From an uncultured Actinomycetes bacterium (GTDB taxonomy: Bacteria; Actinomycetota; Acidimicrobiia; Spongiisociales; ZC4RG35): DNA of 64,000 bases. The notes under the pieces are model-generated. The model was not told the DNA's origin. It worked only from the letters and a program-made list of their open reading frames with translations, and did no database searches. The position numbers were made by a program, and so were the translations under genes. Shown in pieces: positions 37,028-47,974 of this stretch. Position 1 is the first letter of the stretch, and each line of letters begins with the position of its first letter. The stretch lies in NCBI GenBank assembly GCA_963730285.1, contig CAVSQY010000010.1:2721-66720 (forward strand). Direction: 5' to 3'.

Positions 37028-38017
37028 CTAGCTCAGATCCGCACGACGATCGAGATAAGCGGCCAGGGGGCCGGGCATGCGGACGGTGCGACTCCCCCAG
37101 TCGTAGACAACGGTCGTCCCCGCGAAATGATCGTGCCAGGCCCTCCGCTCCCGGCCGAACACCACCCCACCGAGCCCCAAGAACAAGGCGGCGAAACTCA
37201 CCGGGTAGGTCAAAGCCCGAACCAGGGCTTGGCGCCCACGCACCACGATCGAGCCATCACTCGAAACGACGCGTATCCCGAGGAGTGCCTTGCCGACCGT
37301 TTTGCCGTACACCGCCACAGACAGCCACGTGTAGACGAAGATCCAGCTCACCAGGGCCACCACGTACCAAATACCTCGACTCCCAGTCGGCTCAAAGCCG
37401 TCTCCCAGGATCAGCTGAAGAAGAAACACCGCACCGGCGACGATCAAGGTGAATCCCGAGGTCACAACGAGGGCGTCTATGAGGAAGGCGAGGAAGCGAG
37501 ACACGGCTCCGGCATATCGGCCTGTCATGACACGGGGCTTCTCCTCGGTCATGTTCTCGTCGACCCAGTGCATCAAGTCGGCAGGGCCGGTGGGCAAATG
37601 GGCCGGATCCTTCCCAATCAACCGATTGAAAGAGCGGAATGCGATCTCGTCGAGCCCTACCACCGGCCTCCGGAATAGATCGAGCGCCGAGCCCGTCAGG
37701 TGCGTCGTGCTCTCTGCCACGATCTCAGGGATCCCGGCTCTGTCGACGATGGCGCGAACGTCCACCCGCTCCATCAGCACATCGATGTCTGCCCTCTTCA
37801 GGAGCCGATCCACGTCAACTCGATCCAATAGCCGATCGACATCGACCCGGTCGAGCAATGTGTTCACGTCGACCCGATCGAGAAGGGCATTCACGTCGAC
37901 ATGATCGAGAACCATGTCCGGGCCGACGATGTCGAAGACGCGCTCGCTAGCCCCCCGAGCCGCCTTTCGAAATAGGCCCCTTCTGGTCGCTCCGGTCGAT
38001 GAGTCGAGACCCGCCAC
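37028..38017 (-). CDS. RDD-family membrane protein with N-terminal 9-residue tandem repeats
   Basis: The C-terminal RDD domain reads RYAGAVSRFLAFLIDALVV ... GKTVGKALLGIRVVSSDG. The N-terminal repeat block is listed separately. Confidence 0.75.
   Translation of the reverse strand: MAGLDSSTGATRRGLFRKAARGASERVFDIVGPDMVLDHVDVNALLDRVDVNTLLDRVDVDRLLDRVDVDRLLKRADIDVLMERVDVRAIVDRAGIPEIVAESTTHLTGSALDLFRRPVVGLDEIAFRSFNRLIGKDPAHLPTGPADLMHWVDENMTEEKPRVMTGRYAGAVSRFLAFLIDALVVTSGFTLIVAGAVFLLQLILGDGFEPTGSRGIWYVVALVSWIFVYTWLSVAVYGKTVGKALLGIRVVSSDGSIVVRGRQALVRALTYPVSFAALFLGLGGVVFGRERRAWHDHFAGTTVVYDWGSRTVRMPGPLAAYLDRRADLS
37718..37909 (-). repeat. Seven tandem 27-nt (9-aa) coding repeats
   Basis: LDHVDVNAL / LDRVDVNTL / LDRVDVDRL / LDRVDVDRL / LKRADIDVL / MERVDVRAI / VDRAGIPEI. 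These lie inside the RDD-family CDS. Confidence 0.8.
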
Positions 38018-38062
38018 AGAGAGAAGCTACCCCCTCGGGTGGCTTCCGCACCGACTTCCGTT

Positions 38063-39736
38063 CTAGTTGGTCACCGCGCCCGACTCGGCAGAGCCCACCA
38101 GTTGTGCGTACTTTCCCAAGGCCCCGGTCGGGTATCGAGCCGGGTGAGGCTGCCAACGCTTCGCCCTCGCCTCCAATGCATCCGGATCGACGATCACATC
38201 GAGCCGCCGCCCTGGCAGGTCGACCCGCACCCGATCCCCCTCCTCAACCAGGCCGATGGGGCCGCCAACCTCGCTCTCGGGGGCCACATGCCCGATGCAC
38301 AGGCCGGTCGTGCCGCCGGAGAAGCGGCCGTCGGTGATCAACAAGACGTCTTTGCCTAGACCGGCGCCCTTGATCGCGGCCGTGATCTGCAACATCTCCC
38401 TCATCCCGGGCCCACCTTTGGGGCCTTCGGTCCGGATCACGACAACGTCTCCCGGAGAGATCTGATGGGCGAAAAGCGCCTCCAGGGCCCCCTGCTCGCC
38501 GTCGAAGACGCGGGCCGGTCCTTCGAAGATGTCCAACTCGATCCCGGCGACTTTGACCACGGCACCGCCAGGAGCCAGGTTCCCACGCAACACGGCGATC
38601 CCGCCCTCTCGCGCAAGTGGCGCGGATAGCGGAGCAATGACGTCCTGATCTTGCGGGACGACGACGTCCTCGAGGTTTTCGGCCATGGTCTTGCCGGTGA
38701 CAGTGAGGGCATCGCCAGCGATCAACCCCTCATCGAGGAGGGCGCGAAGCACCACCGGGACGCCCCCAATGCGATCAAGGTCCACCATGTGATAGCGGCC
38801 GAAAGGCTTGAGATCGCCAATGTGCGGGGTCCGCCGCGATATCCGATCGAAGTCCTCCAACTCCAACTCGACATCGGCTTCATGAGCGATGGCGAGCAGA
38901 TGCAAAACGGCATTGGTCGACCCACCGAGGGCCATCACAACGGTGATCGCATTCTCGAAGGCGGGACGGGTCATGATGTCCCTCGGGCGAATCCCCTTGT
39001 CCAGGAGATTCATCACCGCCTCGCCGGATCGCCTCGCATAGTCGCGCAGCCTTGGATCAATCGCCGGAACCGCGGCGGATCCAGGAAGGGACATGCCTAT
39101 CGCCTCTCCAACTGACGCCATGGTGTTGGCCGTGAACATCCCAGCGCATGACCCGGCCCCGGGACAAGCGGCCTTCTCGATGGCGATCAACTCCTCGATG
39201 GTGATCTTGCCGTCGGACTCGGCCCCAATCCCCTCGAAGACGTCGACAATCGAGATGTCCCGGCCCGCATAGTGCCCGGGCAGGCTGGAACCGCCATAGA
39301 GGAAGACGGCGGGAAGGTCGAGGCGCGCTGCCGCCATCAGCATCCCCGGTAGCGACTTGTCGCACCCGGCGATGGCAACCAGCGCATCGAATCGCTCGGC
39401 ATGCATGACCAGTTCGACCGAGTCGGCGATCACCTCCCGCGAGACAAGCGATGCCCTCATCCCCTCGTGACCCATCGAGATCCCGTCCGAGACCGCGATC
39501 GTGGAGAAGACGAGACCGACACCGCCACTGTCTGCGACGCCCGCCTTGGCGTGTTCGGATAGCTCGGGGCCGGTCAGGTTGCACGGAGTGACCTCGTTGC
39601 CCGCGGAGACCACCCCTACCTGCACCTTGTCGAAGTCGTCGTCGGTGAGCCCGACGGCCCGTAACATGGCCCTGGCGCCTGCCTTGGCCGGGCCGCTCGT
39701 GACATCTTGGGATCTGATCTTGTTTGCCATCGCCAC
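38063..39736 (-). CDS. ilvD: Dihydroxy-acid dehydratase
   Basis: [16 protein letters not shown] and [19 protein letters not shown] are present, with full-length family collinearity. Confidence 0.95.
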   Translation of the reverse strand: MAMANKIRSQDVTSGPAKAGARAMLRAVGLTDDDFDKVQVGVVSAGNEVTPCNLTGPELSEHAKAGVADSGGVGLVFSTIAVSDGISMGHEGMRASLVSREVIADSVELVMHAERFDALVAIAGCDKSLPGMLMAAARLDLPAVFLYGGSSLPGHYAGRDISIVDVFEGIGAESDGKITIEELIAIEKAACPGAGSCAGMFTANTMASVGEAIGMSLPGSAAVPAIDPRLRDYARRSGEAVMNLLDKGIRPRDIMTRPAFENAITVVMALGGSTNAVLHLLAIAHEADVELELEDFDRISRRTPHIGDLKPFGRYHMVDLDRIGGVPVVLRALLDEGLIAGDALTVTGKTMAENLEDVVVPQDQDVIAPLSAPLAREGGIAVLRGNLAPGGAVVKVAGIELDIFEGPARVFDGEQGALEALFAHQISPGDVVVIRTEGPKGGPGMREMLQITAAIKGAGLGKDVLLITDGRFSGGTTGLCIGHVAPESEVGGPIGLVEEGDRVRVDLPGRRLDVIVDPDALEARAKRWQPHPARYPTGALGKYAQLVGSAESGAVTN

Positions 39737-39790
39737 ACGATCCTAAGCCCTGGGTTTCGCCTCGGCGCCAAAGCGACCACAATCCCGATC

Positions 39791-40795
39791 ATGGCAACCA
39801 TCTACTACGACTCAGACGCAGACCCCGACCTGATCAAGAACCGGAAGGTGGCGATCATCGGTTACGGGAGTCAAGGGCACGCCCATGCCCTCAATCTGAA
39901 GGAGTCCGGAGGCGACGTCGTCGTCGGGCTGCGAGAGGGCTCCTCCAGCCGCGCCGAGGCCGAGTCGGCCGGCCTGACTGTCATGTCGCCCGATGAAGCC
40001 GCGGCGTGGGCAGACGTGATCATGATGCTGGTCCCGGACCAGTTGATGGGACCCATTTATGCCGAGTCGATAGCCCCCCATCTCGAGAGTGGGAACGCCC
40101 TCCTTTTCGCACACGGGTTCAACATCCATTTCGGAGAGATCGTGGCGCCAGAAGACGTCGACGTGGTGATGATCGCCCCGAAAGGCCCGGGCCATCTGGT
40201 CCGCCGCACCTATCAGGAAGGATCGGGTGTCCCATGCCTGTTGGCCGTCCATCAGGATGCGACCGGAAATGCGCATGCTCTCGGGATGTCGTACGCATCC
40301 GCCATCGGCGGTGGCCGAGCCGGCGTCCTCGAAACCACCTTCAAGGAGGAGACCGAGACCGACCTGTTCGGTGAGCAAGTGATCCTATGTGGTGGCGTCT
40401 CCGAGCTGATAAAGGCCTCGTTCGAGACATTGGTGGAAGCCGGCTACCAAGCAGAGTCGGCCTATTTCGAAACGCTGCACGAGCTCAAGCTGATAGTCGA
40501 CCTCCTCTACGAGGGCGGGCTGTCATGGATGCGTTACTCGGTGTCCGACACGGCCGAGTACGGCGACTACACCCGGGGCAGGCGGATCATCACCGACGAG
40601 ACCCGGCAAGCGATGCGTGACACTCTTGCTGAGATCCAATCCGGTGCTTTCGCCAACGAATGGCTGGCCCAGGCACGTGAAGGGGCGCCGTTCCTCCATG
40701 AGCAGCGGGCGATCAACCGAAATCTACAGATCGAGTCGGTGGGCAAGGAGTTGAGGAAGATGATGCCCTTCCTCGACCCCAAGACGGCGCCCTGA
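39791..40795 (+). CDS. ilvC: Ketol-acid reductoisomerase
   Basis: [40 protein letters not shown] is present. It is divergent from ilvD. Confidence 0.95.
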   Translation: MATIYYDSDADPDLIKNRKVAIIGYGSQGHAHALNLKESGGDVVVGLREGSSSRAEAESAGLTVMSPDEAAAWADVIMMLVPDQLMGPIYAESIAPHLESGNALLFAHGFNIHFGEIVAPEDVDVVMIAPKGPGHLVRRTYQEGSGVPCLLAVHQDATGNAHALGMSYASAIGGGRAGVLETTFKEETETDLFGEQVILCGGVSELIKASFETLVEAGYQAESAYFETLHELKLIVDLLYEGGLSWMRYSVSDTAEYGDYTRGRRIITDETRQAMRDTLAEIQSGAFANEWLAQAREGAPFLHEQRAINRNLQIESVGKELRKMMPFLDPKTAP

Positions 40796-40802
40796 GGATG
40801 GT

Positions 40803-41222
40803 TCAGCCGAGCTGACCGATCGTCAGCACAGGTGGGTCCTGGTGAACGGCCCCCTCGGTGATGCGGAGCCCGAACGGGGTGAAGGCGAGCCGGGCGAACT
40901 TGACGTTTGCCACCGCGAACGGGATTCCGACAATGCTGACGAAGAAGACCAGCGCTATGGCTAGATGCGCCAGAGCCAGCCACCAACCCCCGATCAGTAT
41001 CCAGATGACGTTGCCCACCAGTGACCAGAAATCGGACGTCCCCTCGCGACGCACCACCGAGCGACCGAATGGCCACAGCACGTAGTTCGACATCTTGAAC
41101 GCCTGGAATCCGAACGGGATGGTGATGATGAAGATCATGGCCACTACGCCGGCCACGAAGTAGACGACAGACATCCAAATTCCGCACAACACCAGCCAGA
41201 GCACGTTTCCCAGAGTCTTCAC
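40803..41222 (-). CDS. yccF: YccF-domain inner membrane protein
   Basis: Duplicated YccF motif (NVLWLVLCGIWMSVVYFVAG...ITIPFGFQAFKM and NVIWILIGGWWLALAHLAIAL...VGIPFAVANVKFA). Confidence 0.85.
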   Translation of the reverse strand: MKTLGNVLWLVLCGIWMSVVYFVAGVVAMIFIITIPFGFQAFKMSNYVLWPFGRSVVRREGTSDFWSLVGNVIWILIGGWWLALAHLAIALVFFVSIVGIPFAVANVKFARLAFTPFGLRITEGAVHQDPPVLTIGQLG

Positions 41223-41257
41223 ACATCACTCCCGGCTGGGAACCTAACCGCCTGAGC

Positions 41258-42277
41258 TCAGCCCGTGATGGCGAGCTCATCGCTGATCCAGCGATCGATC
41301 TCGGCCCAGACGTCGTACAACCATGCCTCTTGATGATCTGGGCCGGGGATGTCCTCTGCTCGGAAGTGCCACACCTTGACCTCGACCGAGGTGTCCATTG
41401 GCATGGCTCTCCAGATGTCACCGGCGGTTATGAAGGCCTCCAAACCTGCATGCCCAACGAAGAAGACATCCGACTCGGGCGCAGCCGCCAATGCAGTCAT
41501 CACTCCCTTGGTCCTCGGAGGGAGGGTCCGTTTGAGGTCTTTTGCCCTCTCCGCCAGGTCGGGACGGCCGATCTCTCTCAGTTTCTGGATCGCCCTCTCC
41601 CTCCGCTTCTCGGTGTAGTTGGCCCCCTCGGGGAAGATCACAAACGCGTCATCGATGTCCATGGTGCGAGCCAGATCTCCGATCGCCTCGATCAGCTGCT
41701 CTCCTCCCTTCCGCCCCATCGGCACGAATGACGTCGGAAGTCGGTTGAGGATCACATCGACGGCAGGATCCCATTGGAGGAACTCCTTCAGCACGATCCG
41801 TGGGTTGCGGTGGTAATCGTTGACCAGGCCGTTCATGAGGAGGAAGGAATCGCCGGGCCCGGCGTGGCGCGAGAAGACCAGGACCGACCGAGCCCTGCCC
41901 AGGTCCGAAGTGGCGGGTCTTTGACCGCCTCGGATCACGTCCAACTTGAAAGTGACCTCGGCGGACTTGATCACCGTCCGGAGCATCCAGGCCAGGATCA
42001 GGTAGTGGACTCGAGTGAAATACGGAGACCTCGTCTTCCACCCCATCCCCGAGCCCAGCCAGGTGAGGAACAGGGCGATCAGCCCGAATCCCTCGACCCC
42101 CAAGTAGAGGAACAGGAACCAGGCAAGCCGGAGGATCCTCCAATTGCCGGGCACATACCGGGAGACGAATGCGGCCACGATCACCCAGATTGGCAACGAG
42201 ACCAACGCAAGAACCACAAGAAGAACGATCGCCGGGTCGATGAGCAACCGACGTACCAGGCGCGGAGGGAGCCTCAC
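41258..42277 (-). CDS. Membrane-bound lysophospholipid acyltransferase (PlsC family)
   Basis: N-terminal TM helices, an HX4D motif in FSRHAGPGDS and VIFPEGANYT are present. Confidence 0.75.
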   Translation of the reverse strand: MRLPPRLVRRLLIDPAIVLLVVLALVSLPIWVIVAAFVSRYVPGNWRILRLAWFLFLYLGVEGFGLIALFLTWLGSGMGWKTRSPYFTRVHYLILAWMLRTVIKSAEVTFKLDVIRGGQRPATSDLGRARSVLVFSRHAGPGDSFLLMNGLVNDYHRNPRIVLKEFLQWDPAVDVILNRLPTSFVPMGRKGGEQLIEAIGDLARTMDIDDAFVIFPEGANYTEKRRERAIQKLREIGRPDLAERAKDLKRTLPPRTKGVMTALAAAPESDVFFVGHAGLEAFITAGDIWRAMPMDTSVEVKVWHFRAEDIPGPDHQEAWLYDVWAEIDRWISDELAITG

Positions 42278-42281
42278 CGCC

Positions 42282-43102
42282 TCAACCGACTTTCAGGTAC
42301 TCGCTGGCGGCTTGGTATGCGCCTTCGATGAGATCCTCAGTGGCGCTGACGTCCCTCCACTTGAACTGCCTTGAATCATCGAACGCAACGGGATTGCCCG
42401 ATGGCAGTAGGTGGAGATCGATGCCCGCAGGCAGGTTCTCCACCGCCGAGGTGAAACGATGACGTCTGGCGATCTCGAATGAGATCAATGCGGCCTCGTA
42501 GAGGCGCTCGGGAGGCCGCAGGCTCGATTCAACCCGGCCAACCTGGAGCACATAGATCACGTCTGCGCCGAGCTCGACCGCACCGCGAGCGGGACCGAGT
42601 TCACCAACCCCCCGTCGTAGAAATGCTCGCCATCGATCTCAACCGGCGGAAAGAGGGCCGGCACCGCCGATGACGCGAGCAGGGCCTCCAATAGTGGGCC
42701 TTCTGTGAACCAGTGCTCGGCCGCCCGCTCGATCGAGGCGGCTACGCATTGGAAGGGGATCGATAGCTGCTCGATGCGCATTCCCGGGTCATGCACCCTT
42801 TCCAATAGCTGTCTCAGCTCGGAGGTGTCGTGTAGGGCAGGCTGCAGCGTCGCCACATTCTTGAGCCGGTCGAACCGGCTTCCCTGAAGCAGCCCGGACC
42901 TCCCGATCTCCCCCCATAGTTTGGTGAGCCTGGCTACGCCTTCGGCCCCGGGGCGGTCGGCCACCACCGACCCGTTGAAGGCCCCGATCGAAGTTCCCAG
43001 GACCAGATCCGGGCGGATTCCGGCGTCTTCCAGCGCCCGGAGCATGCCCACCTCGACGGCTCCCCAACGTCCGCCGCCCCCGAGGACGAAGGCGACGGTC
43101 AC
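42282..43102 (-). pseudogene. Patatin-like phospholipase, split by a frameshift
   Basis: ORF 42557-43102 has GGGGRWG, GTSIGA and YDGGLVNSVPLA. Family collinearity (AVELGADVIYVLQVGRVE...) then continues in ORF 42282-42560 in another frame. A 1-nt shift lies within about 42575-42590. Confidence 0.7.
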
Positions 43103-43124
43103 AACACCCGCGGCCCCCGGGCCA

Positions 43125-44879
43125 TCACGCCCCCTCCTCGATGTACCACTCGGTGAAGTCGCGGCAGAGGCCAGACTCGTCGAATCGTATGACGAAGAGG
43201 TTCCGGTATTTGATCTCCGGCTCGTAGTACTTCGTGTTTCCGATGATCACCGCCAGGTCGTCGCTCTCAACGAGCGGGATCCACTCGAAGTCCCAGTTGT
43301 TGGGCTCGTCATCTATGTCGAGCCACCAATCGACGATCTGCTCTCTCCCGTGAATCTCACCGTCCGAGGTCTGCGCGTCGTATACCGCCTCTTCGGTGAA
43401 GAGGGCTCCGACCGCATCGGGGTTGTTGGACGTCCAAGCCGTGACATATCCATCCATCCAGGACTCGAGGCGTTTTGAGATATCCAGACCGCCGGTCGGC
43501 GGCCTGGACGGGACAATCGGCGTCTCCATCTCGTCACGGTCGACGAGGGAGAGGCCGCCATTGGCGATCACATCCCCATACCAGTGGAAGCTGCGCTTGG
43601 GCACCCTTTCGAAAGTCTGGTGGTCGACCCAAACCAGGCCGAACCGCTGTGCGAAGCCGTGGGTCCACTCGAGGTTGTCGAGGAGGCTCCATACGAAGTA
43701 GCCGTCGACCGGCACACCGGCTTCGATCGCCTTCTCCACCGCCGCGATGTGCCGGGCCAGATACGAGACTCTTCGCCGATCGTCGACGACGCCGCTCCGA
43801 TCGGGACCATCGGAGTAGCTAGCCCCATTCTCGGTGATCAATATCGATGGTGGGTCGTAGGTCTGGTAGAGATGCACCAGGTAGTCGGTCAGACCCTGAG
43901 GGTCGATCCTCCAGCCCATCTCGGTGTACCCGGGCGGCGGCTCATGGCTCGGCTCGACGTCGGAGCCCTCATACTCCTCTGCACCGACCCCGACTTCGAC
44001 GGTTGTGTAGTAGTTCAATCCCAGGAAGTCGATGGGGGCGGCGATCTCCTCCAGGTCCGAATCGTGAAACAAGCCATCGGGAACACGGCCCTTCGACTCA
44101 TGGGCCCCCAGCACGTCGAAGGGGTAGCCGCGCCCGAAAACCGGGTCGAAGAACCAGCGATTCCTGAAGCCGTCGAAATGAGTCGCCGCCGCAATGTCTT
44201 CATCCGATCTGGATGCCGGCCGCACCGGGCGGCAATCGAGAACGATTCCGACCCGGGCATCCGTGACCCGCTCCCGGATAACCGGCACGCTGCGCCCATG
44301 TGACAGCATGATGTGATGGGCGGCCGCAATGGCACTCGGCCAATCCTGGACTCCAGGAGCAAAGACCCCGTCCTTGTGGCCCAACATCGAGGCAACCCAC
44401 GGCTCGTTGTGGGTGATCCATTCCTTCACCTCATCGCCGAGGGCCTCAGCCACAACCTCGGCATAGCGAACGAAGGCATCGACCGTATCCCGCGACCCCC
44501 ATCCGCCACTGTCCTGGAGGGCCTGAGGAAGATCCCAGTGATACAGGGTGAGGTAGGGGGCAATTCCGCGGTCCCTCATCCCCTGGACCATCCGCCGGTA
44601 GTAGTCGAGCCCTTTTCGGTTCAGGTCGCCGTCGCCGTCCGGAAAGACACGGGTCCAGGCCACCGAGAAGCGGTAGCCCACCGCCCCGAGATCCTCGAGG
44701 AGATCCAGGTCCTCCTTCCAGCGGTGATACGAGTCACAGGCATCATCACCTGAGTCCTGAGTCCGACCCAGGTCGGAAAAGGTATCCCAAATCGATTTGC
44801 CCTTCCCGTCCTCGTCACGCCCACCCTCGATCTGATAGGCGGACGTGGCGGCACCCCAGATGAAGGAATCAGGGATCAT
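43125..44879 (-). CDS. GH1 beta-glucosidase fused to a C-terminal NTF2/SnoaL-like domain
   Basis: GH1 motifs: SAYQIEGG, TLYHWDLPQAL, ITHNEPW (acid/base) and ILITENGAS (nucleophile). An extra tail of about 130 aa follows: WMDGYVTAWTSNNPDAVGALFTEEAVYD...NLFVIRFDESGLCRDFTEWY. Confidence 0.85.
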   Translation of the reverse strand: MIPDSFIWGAATSAYQIEGGRDEDGKGKSIWDTFSDLGRTQDSGDDACDSYHRWKEDLDLLEDLGAVGYRFSVAWTRVFPDGDGDLNRKGLDYYRRMVQGMRDRGIAPYLTLYHWDLPQALQDSGGWGSRDTVDAFVRYAEVVAEALGDEVKEWITHNEPWVASMLGHKDGVFAPGVQDWPSAIAAAHHIMLSHGRSVPVIRERVTDARVGIVLDCRPVRPASRSDEDIAAATHFDGFRNRWFFDPVFGRGYPFDVLGAHESKGRVPDGLFHDSDLEEIAAPIDFLGLNYYTTVEVGVGAEEYEGSDVEPSHEPPPGYTEMGWRIDPQGLTDYLVHLYQTYDPPSILITENGASYSDGPDRSGVVDDRRRVSYLARHIAAVEKAIEAGVPVDGYFVWSLLDNLEWTHGFAQRFGLVWVDHQTFERVPKRSFHWYGDVIANGGLSLVDRDEMETPIVPSRPPTGGLDISKRLESWMDGYVTAWTSNNPDAVGALFTEEAVYDAQTSDGEIHGREQIVDWWLDIDDEPNNWDFEWIPLVESDDLAVIIGNTKYYEPEIKYRNLFVIRFDESGLCRDFTEWYIEEGA

Positions 44880-44903
44880 CGATTGGGCCTGTTGTCGTCC
44901 GGC

Positions 44904-46133
<1,230 letters not shown>

Positions 46134-46211
46134 CGCTCAACTCCCAAGTCGCAAACTTGACGCGATTGAACCTAGCGCATCTTCAATACGCGTGTGAGGG
46201 CAAGACCCACT

Positions 46212-47831
46212 TCAAACGTGACTGACCACGACACCCTCCAGAGCGTCCAGACGGAGACCGTCACACGTGGGATCGGAACGTTCGGGATCGGCGGTGGACA
46301 ACACCACGGTGCCGGGCCCCAGGGAAAACGACCGGGCCCTTTCGGAGAAATTGAGGGCGATCGTCATCGTCTCGCCGTCGGACTCCCGGCGGTAGACCAG
46401 CAGATCGTCCGTCGAAGCCGGATGGGAGAGAAAGGACCCGAGCCGGAGTGCCGGCGAGTCCTGGCGAAGCCTGAGAAGGCGGCGATAGAGGTTGAGCAAC
46501 GAGCCGGGCTGCGCCAGCTCGTTCTCGACGTTGACATCACCAGCATCGTCACCGACCGGCAGCCATGGCGCTTTTGAGCCCTCGGGAGAGAACCCCGCGC
46601 TCGAGGTTCGGTCCCATTGCATGGGAGTTCGGGCGCCGTCGCGGCACAGATAATCGACACTGTGTCCCCAAGGGTCGCGACGATCCTCCGGGCTGATCGT
46701 TGCCTCACTCATGCCGATCTCATCTCCGTAGTAGAGAAACGGTGTGCCGCGCAGTGTCAGGAGCAGCAGGGCGGCCAGCCCGGCACGCTCTCGCCCGAGT
46801 CTCGTGGCGAGTCGGATCTCGTCGTGGTTGCCCAATGTCCAGTTGGCCCACCCGCCGACCGGGACATTCCACAGGACGCTCTCGATGGTCGCCCTCAGCG
46901 AAGAGGCATCCCACGTCGAAGCCATGAGATGGAAATTGAACGGCATGTGGAGCTCATCGAGGACGCCGTAGTATGAGGCCCACTCGGGGAGGTCGAAGAT
47001 GTGGACCTCGCCGACACTCATCGGGCCCTGGGCGTAGCCATCCAGCACCTTCCTGAACATCCGGTGCGCTTCGTGCACGTCGGGGTGCCCGTAGTCGTAG
47101 AGATGCAAGTGGTTGTCATACTCCCCCATTTCCTTCCATGGTCTCAGATGGTTCTCGGGAACGGGCGGGTTGTCGCGCTCGAGCGGGTCCTTCATCATCT
47201 GATGCGCTGCATCCACCCTGAAACCGTCGACGCCCCGGTCGAGCCAGAATCTGGCGACATCGAGCATTGCCTCGATCACGTCCGGGTTCCTCCAGTTGAG
47301 ATCAGGTTGGTTGGGGAGGAACGTGTGCCGGTAATACTGGCCGGTGGCGTCGTCGTAGGTCCATGCCGGGCCACTGAAGACGCTGACCCAGTTGTTGGGC
47401 GGCGAGCCGTCGGGCTTCGGATCCCTCCACACATACCAGTCTCGTCTCGGGTCGTCCCGCGACGACTTCGAATCCAGGAACCAACGGTGGCGATCCGAGG
47501 TGTGATTCATCACATAGTCGACGATCACCCGGAGCCCCCGGTCGTGCGCCTCTTCGATGAGTTGCTCGGCGGTCGCCAAATCCCCAAACAGTGGGTCGAC
47601 TGAGGTGTGGTCAGAGACGTCGTAGCCCCAATCGGCCATTGGGCTCTCGAAGAAGGGAGAGAGCCACAGGGCGTCCACCCCAAGGGTTTCGCTCAGATAG
47701 TCGAGATGGCCGATGATCCCTTTCAGATCCCCATACCCGTCACCATCAGAGTCGGCGAAACTGAGGGGGTAGATCTGATAGAAGACCGCCTCCCGCCACC
47801 ACGGTTGTCTGCCATCCCAACCTAAAGCCAT
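46212..47831 (-). CDS. GH13 alpha-glucosidase / oligo-1,6-glucosidase-like (second paralogue)
   Basis: VDYVMNHTS, GFRVDAAHQM, VGEVH and LGNHDEIRL are present. The ATG at 47831 (MALGWDGRQPWWREAVFYQIY) fits the family N-terminus. Confidence 0.85.
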   Translation of the reverse strand: MALGWDGRQPWWREAVFYQIYPLSFADSDGDGYGDLKGIIGHLDYLSETLGVDALWLSPFFESPMADWGYDVSDHTSVDPLFGDLATAEQLIEEAHDRGLRVIVDYVMNHTSDRHRWFLDSKSSRDDPRRDWYVWRDPKPDGSPPNNWVSVFSGPAWTYDDATGQYYRHTFLPNQPDLNWRNPDVIEAMLDVARFWLDRGVDGFRVDAAHQMMKDPLERDNPPVPENHLRPWKEMGEYDNHLHLYDYGHPDVHEAHRMFRKVLDGYAQGPMSVGEVHIFDLPEWASYYGVLDELHMPFNFHLMASTWDASSLRATIESVLWNVPVGGWANWTLGNHDEIRLATRLGRERAGLAALLLLTLRGTPFLYYGDEIGMSEATISPEDRRDPWGHSVDYLCRDGARTPMQWDRTSSAGFSPEGSKAPWLPVGDDAGDVNVENELAQPGSLLNLYRRLLRLRQDSPALRLGSFLSHPASTDDLLVYRRESDGETMTIALNFSERARSFSLGPGTVVLSTADPERSDPTCDGLRLDALEGVVVSHV

Positions 47832-47974
47832 TCGATTCAGGCTAGATCGGAGGCATCGGCTCATCGGGCCATTGGGGCTTCCGGCTGGCACCAAGCCACG
47901 AGAACTCGATAGGGTATGTGTGTCGGACTTCGCCCAGTCTTCGGGCGAAGCAGACCAACGGAGGAGATACATAT

